From Takakia lepidozioides (taxonomy: Eukaryota; Plantae; Bryophyta): DNA of 64,000 nt. Location of the stretch: assembly GCA_030704615.1 (NCBI GenBank), contig CM060734.1:6014001-6078000 (forward strand), given 5' to 3'. The notes under the pieces were generated by a model. That model ran no database searches and had not been told where the DNA came from. It saw only the letters and a list, made by a program, of their open reading frames with translations. Shown piece by piece: positions 1-13,574 of this stretch. The first letter of the stretch is position 1. Each line of letters opens with the position of its first letter. A program made the translations under genes and the position numbers.

Positions 1-1480
1 TATCTTCATCTATACTTTATCTGCTTCAGCTTGCGGGCAATCTTCTTTGGTAAGTTTATCTTTTGTCTCCATCGGCGTACTCACTGGCTTGCACTGCTCC
101 ATCTTAAATCGATGTAAGACTTCAATTAAGTACTTCTCTTGCACCATCCTTATCCATCCTTCTGCCATATTTCTCCTGATTTGTACTCCAAGACAAAAAT
201 GTATCTCACCAAGGTCTGTCATTTCAAACTTAGATTCAAGCAATTGATGCAGAAATGCCATATTATTACCAGCTAAGATAGTGTCATCCACATAGATGGC
301 CACAATGACATATCTTCCATTTTCTCTTTTGGTGTACACATTAGAATCAGCAAAACAGTTCTAAAACCCAATCCATATTAGGTATGAATCAAACCTTTGA
401 TACCACGCTCTTGGTGATTGCTTGAGACCATAGAGTGCTTTGTTCAGCTGACATACCAGATTAGAATTTCGTCCCTTTTGTACTCCATGTAGATCTCTTC
501 CTATATGATGTCGTTTAAGAAGGCCGTCTTCACATCTAACTGTTGTACTTCTAGGTCGAATTGAGCAGCCAATGCAAGGATAACTCGTATTGAGGCCAAT
601 TTTACTACAAGTGAGAAAGTCTCATTGTAGCCAACTCCTAAGATCTGTGAGAACCCTTTTGCTACAAGTCTCGCTTTGTATCTCTCCACCTCTCCATCAG
701 ATTCAAACTTCACCTTGAACAACCACTTGCACCCGACAGCTTTTCTGTTTGTTGGAAGTGTTGTGATCGTCCACGTCTCGTTTGTTTTCAAAGATTGTAG
801 TTCAGACTCTAAGTTTGGGCGATTCACTTTCTTTGTGCATGCTTTGTACATTTTGTTGTGCATTCTTGTTTGCTGGTCTTGAGAGCTATGGCGCAGGCCT
901 CTCTTCCACAAGCCATCGAGGTATTGGCTTGCATATGCTCTGTTTCCTTTCTGCCCCTGCTTTGTATTGCATGTTGTACAACGATAACAAGCGTGAGACC
1001 TGCGATTCACCCGGGGTTCCACATCCTCTCTAACTTAACTGTTTCTGATTGCATGTGATGGGACCAGGTGAGGGTCCTCACTTAACATGGATTTTAAAGC
1101 TTGAAGTTGATTGGAATCGAGTTGAAGAAGCGACGCCATCTGTATCTTTGGGGGAGAACAATCCTTTCTTCCTCTTTCCTTTCATCTTGATGGCTCCTAT
1201 GTTTAACCTAGTATGGTGGACAATCAATCATTAGGGCGACTATCTCTTGTTTCCTATGGCATACTGATGTGACAATGGAGCAATGATATTAAAGAGATCT
1301 GGTAACATGCTACAATGTAGGGCATACCTGTTTTCATGACCAGACAGTGTTCTTGAATGTACAAGCATTGGAAACTTAGCCTCTTTTAGAAGCTGGTTAC
1401 TTTAGGACACTCGATACCATGCCAAACTGATGTGGATGTGGTTATGCCTTGGTATGTAAGCTGACCAAAAAATAGAGACT
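1..1480 (-). pseudogene. Ty1/Copia retrotransposon pol remnant (reverse transcriptase, degenerate upstream pol sequence)
   Basis: ORFs 501-1022 (ELQSLKTNETW...AVGCKWLFKVK...YKARLVAKGFSQ...QLDVKTAFLN) and 10-339 (IYVDD...FEMTDLGEIHFCLGVQI) are typical Copia RT; broken by stops and frameshifts; runs off the left edge. Confidence 0.93.
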
Positions 1481-2366
1481 TTTTAGCATGCTGAACGATG
1501 GTTTCCTGCTATGAACAGTGTTAATTGAGTCTCTAATTTTTCCCACCCCCCCCCACCCAGAGACTTCATTGACTTTGAAGTCTGGGATTTGTCATAAAGC
1601 TGACTTGTGAATGAAGAATGGTTGACAATGCCTTGTTGTGAGGCTGATTTGTCGTTAATTTTACAGTGACCTTGTCAGGTCTTTGTCCATGTCTCGACAA
1701 GACATAAGTATCTTCCCTCTCTGATTTAGACCAGTGTACTTGGTGGTTCTTGTACACATTATCAACCAATCTCCCTTCTGTTTTCAGTTTTATGTTTGAT
1801 TTACTAACACCTTGGTCTGAGCATGACAAAAGGTTATCAAATATGTTCCTGATTGAAGTGATGAACCCAAGGCAATGGGAAGGCCAAAGCCATGAGATAT
1901 CAGCCTCCTCTCCCGCCATGACCATGGTGTGGAGCAAGCAAGTCGTTCATAAGGTAAGATCTTCTCCAGCAAAAATATGTTGGCTAATTGGGCATGGAGA
2001 GCAAGGCATCCTTGAAGGTACCTGAGATAAGCACAGAACATCTATAGGGCTTCTGAATGCTGAAATTTTGAGCTAGGCCTTGGTAAGACAGCTTGCTGGA
2101 GTAGACGTGTACACCTTATACATGATCCGGTCAATGCACATTACTCTTGTTTGCCGGTCCCTTGTAGCCGATGCCTTATGTCAGATTTAGATACCTTATG
2201 ATAAGAATGAGTTCCATTTCTTTGGCTCAAATCGTTTCTCCTGGTTATGGCTTTGCTCTTTATAGGCACCATAAAAAATACCCAATTCTGATATGTTGTT
2301 GGTAGATGTTTTGTCTGAATACCAGGTGGTAAACCCCTGCCAGACTTCATTACCTAAGTCCCAATA

Positions 2367-2860
2367 CCTGCCCCCCTTTGGTTTTGTACACATGTTTTAC
2401 CCAAAACAAGGGGTGGGTAAACACTAAAAGTTTGATATAAGATTCTTTCCCGATTGTTACTTTATGACCTTGGGAATTGAGGGTTCTTTCACTGGCCTCT
2501 TCTTCCGGTCACCAGAGCTTATATACAAACTAAAAGGTAAAACTCTACATTTTGATGTACATGTGTTGATGGACCTTCGTTTGTCACAACTTGCCAACGT
2601 GGGACATGCCAATGGCAGAAAATTCATTACATAAACCTGCCCCCATTGGTTTTGTACACATGTGGTACCCAAAAACATGGGCTAGGTAGACACTAAAGGG
2701 TTGATAAAAGTTTCTTTCCTGTTTGTTGCTTCATGAATTTCGGAGTTTAAGGTCCCTTCATTGGCCTCATCTTTCCATTACCAGAGCTTATGTGTAGCTA
2801 AAAGGTAAAACTCTACATTCTGATGTAAGTGTTGATGTACCTTTGCTTGTCACGGCTTGT
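2367..2860. repeat. Diverged tandem duplication, unit about 270 bp, two copies
   Basis: cctgccccc..tggttttgtacacatg...acactaaa...ccagagcttat...ctaaaaggtaaaactctacatt..gatgta...ttgtcac occurs from about 2367 and again from about 2636. Confidence 0.8.
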
Positions 2861-3844
2861 TTTGTTTTTTGACCTTGGAGAGTTGAGATTGTAGGCATGT
2901 TTATTTCTATGGTTCCTTTGTAACCAGAAGTAAAAGCTACAAAGAAGAGGGAGGTCATTTATGTGATGGGGTCTGGTATGCACTCCCTTACGGGGTGAGT
3001 GCATACCACACTCACTCCATAAGGAGCTGCCATACCAGGGGATGGTTGGTGGGTTCCCTCTCTCTCCCTCTCTCTCCCTCCCTCCATGGATCTGGCTGGT
3101 TCTTTTAAAACTTGATAGTTTAAGACCAGTGGTACGTTACCTAACCCCTAATTAACCTTCTTGGAATTTGGTTAATTTCGGTTATTTACATTACCCGGAT
3201 TTTTGGTATAAGGTCGGGATCCTAATGGAGCCATCCTATTCTTTAATTTTCTCATCCATAAATGGATGTCATCCTCAGAGGATGACACAGATGAAAAATC
3301 GAGAGACAATTTCATCCAACGCGGATGAAATCACGATAGATTTCATCCTGCGCGGTAGAGTTCATCCCGTGTGATGGATTTCATCCCGAATGGATGAAAT
3401 CGCGGGAAATCGCGCTTCATCTCTTCCCTGCCCTAACCGTGCTTAAGGGATGGCTGGAGCTGAGAGATGGCAGCGGGGGGCGCATGGAGCTCGATTCAGG
3501 CGCCCTTGAATGCCATGGAGCTGCGCCATTAAGGCATTTAGGTGTTCTGGCAAGATTCAGTACCTTCTTCCCCTCTTGGGGTGCGCAATGGCGGCAGTAC
3601 CTGCAATTTCCCTGTGGCGGTTGTCTCTAATGCTTGGCGGGCGATCTACCTACACTCCTTCAGTTCCATGTCACTCTCAAGAGAGGGTGGGGAAGATTTG
3701 ACATGCCGGAAACCGGCGTACCATCCTGTCAGAGATTGCACGTATGCATTAAGTTCTTACATTATTCCTATTATCTTCCATTTTTTCCCCTCCAGAAGGG
3801 CCCGAGCCCACGTTTCCCTATTAAAAATATAAAATACCCTATAG

Positions 3845-5047
3845 GGCCTACACTTCCTGCCAGGAAGAATGTCCCGTTCTTTGCGAGCGCCGACTTCATG
3901 ACGAGCCTGGTGAAGGACTACTCCCTTCCTAGTTATGCAGCTAAACTCGCAAATACAACGATTAGACGATGTGAGAATCCCAGTAAAGTAGAGCAGATTT
4001 TGGAGAGGGCTAGGGAGGACAGAAAGATAAGGAAAGAGTTGGCAACAGCTGAGACAGGTAGACGGGTGCGAAAGTTCATATGTGATTCAGCGGATGAGAG
4101 CGATGCAGACAGGGGGACGACGAGCCAACGGAGGTGAGATGGTCGGTTCCGCAAGGTGAAGATGGGATTTTTGAAAGCCTGGCCAACGAGCAGTCCGCTG
4201 GAGATGAGAAAGGCAATGACGGGGTGGAGGCGGAGCAGGATAGTCAAGGACAGGACGACGATAGTGATGATTTTCAAGATTAATAGAATTTTAATGAACT
4301 CTTTGTACATTTAAATTCTATTCCAAAGTATATAAAGGAAATTCTCCCCGTCCTTCATGTCCCCTCTCCCATGTGCTTCTCAGCGACAACATCGTCCAAA
4401 CCTGGTCCCTCCCAAAATCTGAAATGCGGCACCGCATTTCAATGTCGGAACGGAAATGTGGCAACTGCAAAAACCTCCTTTGGAAATGCGGCACCGCATT
4501 TCCGAAACTGGGGCAAGAACAATTTTCCGTTTCATGGTTTGGACATCAGAAACTGTTCGGACAAACGGAAATGCGGTGCCGCATTTCCGTTTTCGACACG
4601 GCAGTTTTGCCGATTGCCAGCTCTTTCCATGGAGGTAAATGGAAATGCGGAGGTCGAACATGGATATGCGGTGCCGCATTTACCTTTTGGAGATGGACAT
4701 TTTTCCAACTGCAGACCCATCGACGGAAATGCGGCTCCCCATTCCATGATGCTAGACGGGAATGCGGCACTGCATTCCATTGTCCAATAAGAAATTTCGA
4801 TGACGTACATGGAAATACGGCGCCGCATTTCCAAAACGGACATCGTTGTTTGTCCAATTCCAGACCCTTCGACGGAAATGCGGCACCACATTCCATTGTG
4901 CTCTCCGGAAATGCGGTGCCGCATTTCATTGTCCGGTACGAAATTTCGATGACGGACATGGAAATGCGGTGGCGCATTTCAAGTATGGACATGGACAAGC
5001 ATTAGCGATTGGACATGCTCGGACAATTCAAGGTCCAATATGGAAAT
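3845..5047 (+). mobile_element. Fragment D of a C-subfamily ParB-MTase transposon (last exon, 3' region and palindrome array)
   Basis: PTLPARKNVPFFASADFMTSLVKDYSLPSYAAKLAN... closely matches the last exon of copy C (ORF 16362-16871, - strand); 4420-5047 matches the reverse complement of the array at 15.9-16.4 kb; ends abruptly against a Gypsy gag fragment. Confidence 0.85.
4420..4985. repeat. Array of the palindrome GGAAATGCGGCACCGCATTTCC (about 12 copies)
   Basis: Imperfect 22-bp palindromes recur every 30-60 bp. Confidence 0.9.
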
Positions 5048-5520
5048 ACAACTTGTGTCTACAATGGGGTGCCACAGCCAATAGCTGCCCAACTGTAATC
5101 TCAACTTTGGTCTGACATATTACTTCAGCCAAAATCCCTTCATTACCCTGCATCTGTGAAGCCTCTTGCTTCACTTCATCTTCACCTCCTTCATCTTCTC
5201 TTTCAGAATCAGAAGAATTAAAGGGTTCCGTTACCTGCCCTCTGGATGCATTAATGGGCCTGTAATTAGTTTCGGCTGATGTACCGAGTAGATACTTTGA
5301 CGGCCTTGTTTGTCTTTTTGCATGATGGCACCCGCTATTGCAGTACATGCAATGCAGAGTGCTTTGCTCCTTTGGCCACGTGCTTGAATTCAAACGCTCT
5401 ACCGTCTCCCTCTGTCCACGTGGCACATTTTCCGAGTTTGACTTCCAAACTGCCTTTACACTCACCGGCCACTTTCCTGACGTTAACCCGTGTCCACTTG
5501 TCACTGACCCTATGGACTGT
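5048..5520 (-). pseudogene. Gypsy gag C-terminal fragment
   Basis: ORF 5028-5504 has a degenerate zinc knuckle (CMYCNSGCHH) and EITVGQLLAVAPHC, which resembles ISLRQLLAIAPQC upstream of the protease in the Gypsy element at about 58.7 kb. Confidence 0.6.
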
Positions 5521-5525
5521 GCAAC

Positions 5526-5642
5526 CTATGTGGGCTGTAGTTGGGCTGTGATAGGCTGTGTCAAGCTGTGGTGAGCTGTGATATGTTGTGTTAAACTATG
5601 GTGGGCTGTGATATGCTGTGTTAGACTATGGTGGGCTGTGAT
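5526..5642. repeat. 10/30-bp minisatellite (GGGCTGTGAT ATGCTGTGTT AGACTATGGT)
   Basis: 10-bp period CTGTG/CTATG units with a 30-bp higher-order period are visible. Confidence 0.8.
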
Positions 5643-8197
5643 GATGAGGCATGGAGCGATGAGAAGGAACTGCACAGGGAAGTGGCTGATACTATAAGGG
5701 AAATGCAGATACTGATATCCCTATGAACACGTCCGGCAAAGGGGGACCTTTGCCACATGTGCAGTCCTAGTGGGCATTCCAAATTGGAATGTGAATAGAT
5801 AAGGGTAAAATTGAGAAGTTACCCAATGAGGCAACGGCCAATCAAGATCTTGTTGAGGCTTTATGGCATGATGTCATCTCCGACAGTTCAAGAGTTCATG
5901 GAGGAGAATTACTGGAAGTGTGCAAATGTTCAGATGTTTGTCGATAGCCAGGAAGTCTCCCGTCCCTGCTGCGCACCATGAATCTAGAAAGTATACTGAT
6001 TTGTCTCATGGATTGGTTTATTTGTTCCAGTCAAGGCCAAGCGTCGTATGAAGTCAACATCCGACAAGAAGAAGGATGGACGGCCAGGAGGGTCTCTGGA
6101 GGTATATGAGTATTTATGAGGAGGAGATCTGCTGGCGAGCACAACGCCCTCAAACAGATGTAGGGCAAAGGAATGTCTATCTGGGGAGATCTGGGATGAG
6201 AGTAGAATCCGCTACCCGTTCTTACTAGTCGGGTGATAGTCTTCCACCAGTTGGGATATTGTAAATAATGTACATTGACAATGACGCTATTCTCTAAGCG
6301 CAAATTATGAATCCAAATGGTTCATTGTTTTTTATTCATTTCATGTCCAGAGCGATGGATACAATGGTTGTGCTCTGTGTTCTCTGTGTACTCTTTGTTC
6401 GGTTTTGGAATTCATTACTCATGTCGATATGAGAGGTATCACCACGGGAGATCTCCCCTACCTGACTATGTGCATGTTTTGGTTTCGTCATCACACCTGT
6501 CAGACTCTTTTAGACTAGAGAGCGTGAGTAAGGACGGGAGACCTCCCGTCCTCTTTGCCTTTCTATTTGTGTTTGTTCCTGTCAAACCCCTCATTCTCTT
6601 ATGGCTTTGGTGTTGTATCCTGTGCATGTTTACCCCTCAATTTAATTTGACTATGCCTGATGTGTATCGCTAATTGGGAGGGGAGACCTCCCGTCTATCC
6701 TGTCCGCATGTGTTTTGTGCGTGGAGCTATGACTTACATGAATGAAGAATAATCGGTTCACGGCCTTGCCTGTGACCTTGGAATCCGCTAGGTGGTTCTT
6801 ATTTTATGGATGACGCTCTTGAGTAACCGGTCTGAGACTTGAGCACGATGATAGACAGAGATAAACAGTCATGTCGAAGGGCTGATGCATTAGAGCCGAA
6901 CTATTTGAATGAATTGGCTTCTATAGAGACTATGTTCAGTATTGGTTTGCGTCGAAGACTATGGTTTTGGGTCCTATGGGATGGTGATGGTTGATTAGTG
7001 CCCATAGCCAGGGACCTCAATGGTTGTACAAATTTGGTTTGGTAATGCTCTAATAAATTACTCTGGACATTTTGGGACGTATCTCGACGGGATGTCTTTC
7101 TATCTTACTATGTTCTAATCATAGATCGGGAGATCTCCCTTGCCTCAGTGGAGATGTCGAACTTGGGACAACAATCATAATTCTCTTGTTTGGCATTTTT
7201 TTGTAGGCTAATATTAAAAAAATGAAGCAACTGTGATTGACAGGAGGTCTCCCGTGCTGCCCGTGAAATTGTAGAAAACTAGGATTTCAACTCATATTAG
7301 GGATGTGATCATGGTATGGATTCTCTGGGAACAACAATATTTACTAAACATCTACTACAATAAACTTAATAAAATCATTTAAATTTGTTTTTATATTGAA
7401 TTTTTATTCAATTTAATAAATAAATAAATATGTTATTCCTAGACTTTGGAAAGTCTAGATTTACTTAAAATCCAGTTTACTACCAAGAGTGCATACATAG
7501 TAGAAATGGTGGGCTTTGAAGCACACCGTTTCTGCCCCACCCAAAAGGCTCTTTTTGAGGTATCTTCAGACAACAATAGAAAGCATGGAGGGTACTTGAA
7601 ATGGATTAAATACATAGCAGAAACGGTGTGCTTTGAAGCATCTGGAAATGGGGTCAGGCAGGATGGTGTGCGGCGCCGCACACCGTTTTTCCAACCAACC
7701 ACACCACACCACTTTCCTACATTGTTGTGAACCCCAAACAGCAGCCCCCATCACCTGCGTGACCTTGCTTTCGTAGTATGCATCCTCCACATCTTCCTCC
7801 ATGTCCTCCGTCTGGACCTCCTCTGTCTCCACCAGGTGGGTTCTCGACAACCACTCTCTGCATCTTCCCCTGCAATGTTTTGACAGATGGGTCACTATCC
7901 GGACTGCAGAGATGGTATGCGGTGCCACACACCACTTCAAGTTACCTCGCGTGATCGCGCATGCTTATATGAGATGCCTCCGACAGAGGCATCTATGGGT
8001 TGCATCTAATACATGCATCTATGAGATGGTTAATTAGCAACCTTGCGCGATCTCGCGTTCTTCTAATAGATGATTCTATCAGATGCATCTGAGACATGCT
8101 TCCATGAGTTGCTTAATTAGCAACCTCGCGCGATCGCGTGTGCTTCTCTTTAGCTTCATTTAACTCTCCATGTTAATTCAACATTTTCCTCCTCAGG

Positions 8198-11100
8198 AAC
8201 TCGTGGAAGAAATTACTGACCCGGAGTTGAGGGACTACTACGCCGAATGCCTTCAATTATCATCTGGTCAGATAACAATAATCGACTATTTAGTATTTCT
8301 AAATTCCTCAATGACCCAAATAAAGCCCAAAAATTCGACACAACATTCCCGGAGAAAGTTGCACAGGCACGGATGTACTATGAGTTGAAGGGGAATCCCA
8401 GGAAATTCAACAATAACGTTTCGAAATCTGAAATCGTTGAGTGGAAAATATTTAATTTGAGTTTCTATTTTCTTTTAATGTCATGTTCTTTGTCGCGCAC
8501 CTCACTTCGATAAGCTCCCCTTCAAGTCATAGTTACTCGCTTTGATGCGCGCGCCTGACTCCCAACCTGGCCGCCCGGGCCACTTGGAGCTTCGCTGCTC
8601 ACCGGGACATAATGGTCCCCCTTCGCTTCCCACTAAACCCTCCACCTATTTGGGACTAGGAGAATTCCCTTTGGTAGATGGTAGTCCGGAACAGCTCCCC
8701 ACTCTTTGGTCGCTTTCCGGCTCGCTCGCTTACTCACTAGTTTTTGGTCACCAACGGGCTTGCACCGTTCTCGGGGTCGCTACTCCCCTTATATATACTT
8801 CTGTAGCTGTCCGCGGGGGTTTCACAACCAGCCATGCCATTTTATGGCGAACCACCACGAAAACCCTCGACTCCCGGTGATGAGTCGCGGTGAGTCTTGG
8901 CCCACTCACTACGGCCCCTATGGACCGTGATGAGTCCCAAGACTCCCCACGACTCCCACCACGAGGTCTCCGCCCCCATGGTGAGTCCTATGCCACCCCC
9001 CAAGAGTCCCGCTAAGCTACCACCACCCCTTGTGGAGCCACCCCCACCGCAACCCGGTGTGCGGGGCTCCACCTAGTGAGCGCCTCCGCCTCCTTGGGTG
9101 CCTTGGGCACTCAAGGGTGCTTCAGCCCCCCATACCTATCGCTGCCGCTGCCCCCACCACAGGGGCAACCCCTCATGTGTCCCGACCCCCTTGCCCTCAA
9201 GGCAAAGGGCCGCGACATTCTTCATTCACAAGAAAAAGCCTTTACCCGGTGTTTGTTGGTCTGACATGTTGTTCCGGCTGACCAGGAATTTTTGCAAGCC
9301 TCACAACTTAGATTGGAGATGCCTAGCGTTAAGGAGGCCATGACTTTGATCCTATGCGATGACGATGTTTGGGAGAAATAGGTTTTCAGTGAGTGGGAGA
9401 AGGGAAACCTCCTAGATATTAACGGAAAGAAGCACAAGGGTGAACAATCGCAGCTAACAAAGTCTACCGTCTACAAGCTCCAAGGATTGAACCCCCGGCA
9501 AATGAAGAAGGTTGCCCAGAAGATTTTGGACTTGCAGATCTGTGTTCGTGGTCCCTACAAGGGAAATGACCCCAAGATATTGTGCATGTCAGATTACATC
9601 GATCGAATAAAGGACCGGTGGTTTATCATCGACGATGTCATGGTGGTATTGGGGTTTGATGCCAGGAGCAAGCAACACCCAGAGCCATACACAAAAGCAC
9701 AATGGCTCGCAGTGAAGAAGATATACAAGTTCAATAAGTCAGAGTTCGAGACATTCCGATCGAAACTGGGGGCCAAATATATGAAAAGCAAAGTAAATAT
9801 GAACATGAAGACCGAGAAAGTGAATGACGCATTCATCAAGTACGAGCTTTCATGCAAGAAAAGGGTTGAGGACATGGAGAACAAAATGGGCAACCTCAAC
9901 GAGACCTTCAAGTCACATTATCAGAGTTTAGGTGGCAAGCAGAGGTTCACGGACACCAAAACTCAGTTGAAAATTGTGAGAAAGAGGGATTTCGAAAACA
10001 TTGCAATGGTATTCGTCAACACAGTCTGTGACGACGACTCAGTTGTTTTCATGCAAAGGAATTACAAGAATATTTTTGATGCGTTCTTCAAACATCAGCT
10101 AAACCCTAATGCATTTGTCTTCTTCTCGACACAGAGGTCATCTTCCAATCTGGTTTCCTACTTACGGTTTGGCGAGGGCCGGAACAACTATCTTCTACTT
10201 CAGGGTTTGTATCTTCCTGGAGAGTTTGACAATCCTTACCAAAGCAGGCCAAAGTCATTTTCAAGGCCAGTCATGTGCCTTGATTACGTATTTTCTGTAA
10301 CAACTGCCTAGATTGAGAACCACGAGGGGCACCTCCAGGCTGTCTTGATGGTCAGCCCCATTAAACCAGTGATTGAGACTCCGGATACTAAGCTCACGGA
10401 CCAAGAGAAGGAATGTGCCGCCTACAAACACAAGTTGTGGGCAGAGTCTTATGACTACATTGTGTCCTTGTTATGTGGCGAAGGAATGTCGGCTGTCAAT
10501 CTCTTCGGAGGAGTAATGTTGTCGTCAGCTCTTCACGTAAGCATTTCCAATTCTATTCCACAACCCAACTTTCGAACCTCGCACGATCACTCGTGCATCC
10601 TTTTTACTCACTTGTTATCATGTTTTGTAGGCTAGGAATGTCCGAGTCCTTGATATAAACCACCATCAAAAAAAGAAATTATGCGGAAATAAGGTGGCCG
10701 CAAACTTCACACTCCTCCACGCGGAGAATGACGACGCAACCAAGGGTGGTGATGACACAAGGGGGATGCAGGAGACTCGAAGGCACAATGGCGATGGCAA
10801 TGAAAATGACAATGACGATGACGAACAAAGAGATTCAGAGAAAGATGAAAACCAGGGAGAAGATGACGGAAATGAAGAACATGAGGAAGGGGAGGAAGAG
10901 AAAGGCGATGATGATGACGGCCAAAATGACGATGCCGTCAATAATTTCTTGCAAGAGGAGACCGAACAAGTAGAGTATGGGAGAGATCCACCAGCTGAAC
11001 AAGCAGGGAGGTGATACCGCGATTAAGCCCACCATCCACCGGTCGTACAAAATACCAATGAAGGAAACAATCCCGGGACAACAGTACTATCTTCCTCCGC

Positions 11101-12773
11101 TAAAGAAGTGGGCGGCGGCAATGTCCAGGATGACGCTGATTCAACAGACTACTTCGCTAAGGAGATTGCAGATATAGACTCAAGGGTGGGTTTCAGGCCA
11201 GTCGAGGGAGATATGCCATTACGGATGTCACCATATCAAGGTTTAAGTCAACGGATTAGAGATATCGTTGATGGTCAGGCAACTAGGGCACTGAACCGCG
11301 ATAAAGTTACTGTTGACAGAAATCGTATATAAATGGAACTAATAACTTTGTGTTTTATGATTGTCTCATGAATCAATCGAAACTCTTACGCAAGTCTAAT
11401 CACAAGCATTTTTTGTAGATCCGTGAATCAAATACAGAGGAAGTGACACATACAAGAACAAACGACACACAACAGCGTACAATGAAGAAACAATCCGACT
11501 TGATTGTGAGGATTACGTCCCCCACAGTGGAAGTTTCAAGAACCGCAGGCGATCGCGCTATTTCACTTTTGGGAGGATCGAGAAAAACATGGCGGATGGC
11601 GAAAGACCCATCTCCGGGGGAGATGGCGGCGAAACCTCATCCGACTTGCAGCAAGTGCAGCCAAAGCTGGTACTGCATTTTCCGCCTCCTCATTTCCTTC
11701 CAGATCTCCATTACAAAATTTCTAATATATTAATAATTATTTCCTAATGGGCAGGATGATATGATCTGTCCACCACACGATTTTTCCCAAGCTGTCAATC
11801 CTGGGGATTTCTTTGTTCTTCCAATGGGTCCAAATGGATGTCAGCCCGGATATTATGTCCTGGTTCTGGATGTCGGGTTCCTTTGTGAGGTCTACCTTGA
11901 GAAGGGGCCAAAAACCCCTCCCGCAACGCAGCCTTGTATCTCCACGGGAAGATTTAAGCTAGCAATGCGACATGAGGTGGGAGACTTCATCAAATGGGTC
12001 GTGAAGAAGTTCTTCGTCATCCTAAAAGAAGAGACTGTCGTGGATTTGAAAGCAACCTTGTTCGGGAGGAATGCCCACAAAGTCATGCATTACAGTTCCG
12101 ACCAATGTGTGGAACATAGACTTACGTTCAACCAGTATTGGCCTACGCTTCCTACGTCCTCCATTTACTTCAAACGACTTTATGACTTGTTTGTTGACCC
12201 GGACTCTAAAGCCTACAGGTCTAATACCCTGCTTATAGACGTCGTAGGAAACATGTTCAAGTCTTACCTCAATCCTTTGAGCCTGGTCGTCTTCCTCCAT
12301 AAATACGAAGCACTTATAGATCCATACAAGGAAAAAAAAAAAAAAAAAAAAAAAATGGACGCGTTGCCGAAGCAAGCGTAACTTATGGTGTCACTTGACC
12401 CCATAGGGCTACTGCCTTCTGGTGGGAAGGTGGACACCGCAATGACTTCCAACAGGTGGATTGAACCCACAACCACTCGTGAGAGGGTATGTGTCCTTGC
12501 CACTGGGCTACATGCAAGTTGTCTCCCTACAAGGATGATTTTTTGATGGGTCATCTGAAGCCCCACCTGGACAAGTTGAGGCATTAAAAAATGGACACTT
12601 GGGCCTTCAATGAGCATAACCCTTTTGGTATACCTAAGGATATCTACTTTAATGATGCAAGAGTGAAATTCATTCAACGCTGGGACTTTCCATGGCCTAA
12701 GAACAAGGAGGAATGGGATGCACATCTAGTGTACCTAGAGGCCCGTGCCTTGGAACTTGGAATACTAAAGTGA
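8198..12773 (+). pseudogene. Degenerate multi-exon gene, probably transposon-associated, with a possible divergent methyltransferase-like segment
   Basis: One frame runs 9232-10547 with three in-frame stops (includes ORFs 9487-10311 and 10345-); segment YDYIVSLLCGEGMSAVNLFGG; acidic linker 10694-11014; further ORFs 11761-12381 and 12591-12773; GT-AG boundaries; solo LTR inside a probable intron. Confidence 0.5.
8491..9217 (-). mobile_element. Solo LTR of the chromovirus family (727 bp)
   Basis: TGTCGCG...CGCGACA termini, 5-bp TSD TTCTT (8486-8490 and 9218-9222), clearly homologous to the LTRs at 18635 and 39075. Confidence 0.95.
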
Positions 12774-13574
12774 CTCTATTTTGAGAATGAACCGAGAGTG
12801 GGAGGTCAATGAGATCCTTATGTGTTACACAAGCATTTCATTTTAGGTATCTGGAGCTGCATGATGCTTAAGAACTTAAAATGTCGTTCTGGACTTGCTC
12901 CTACGTGGTCTTCCACGGCCCGAGTTCATCATGTTGCAGGAAGATTGTATCATTTGCCCAAGCAATCTGCACCCAAATTACCGACAAGAACAACCTCCCA
13001 TGTTCCTGGAACCACTCATAAAAGTATGGCAGAGTTTTGAAGGTTATTACAATTAGAGTATCACTCTGCTGATTGATGATACGGCTTTGAATGCTGAACC
13101 CTCCTGAATCATGGGGGGCTGCTATTTCCGACCATGAGCCATGAGTAGCATGAGACCATGAGCAAAGTCGTAAGTGGTCAAAAAAACATGAGCAAGACTA
13201 TTTTCCAGAATAAGTGTCCGCGGAATAGGGTTGAGGGTGTCACGGTCATAGGGGAGAAAGACCTCTCGATAGGAGGTTCGGCAATGTTTTTTTTAGAATT
13301 AAATATTGAAAGGCATGTTTCGCGAATGGAGAGGGTGTTACTGGCTCTGTACAATGGGGGCCCATTTCAGCCTACCGGCCATTGCAAATCCACCCCCACT
13401 CCCCAATCCCAAACAAAATGAGGAATGATGCATTCTGGGAACGATGGATACAGAATAGAACAAAAAAGAGGGCACAATGGGGTTTTTATTGATCCACATG
13501 AATTGCATTTGAAGCACGTCTATTGTGCTGATGGTGCAAACAAATCTATAGCCATGTGCCTTCTGAATACAAGT

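Noticed and set aside
1566-2393. Short ORFs between the Copia remnant and the 270-bp duplication
   Set aside because: No motif I can recognise, so no call is supportable.
8542-9343. ORFs inside the chromovirus LTR (MEPRTPGCGGGG...), repeated at 18986 and 39426
   Set aside because: They recur only because the LTR is repeated, and they are low-complexity GC-rich frames.
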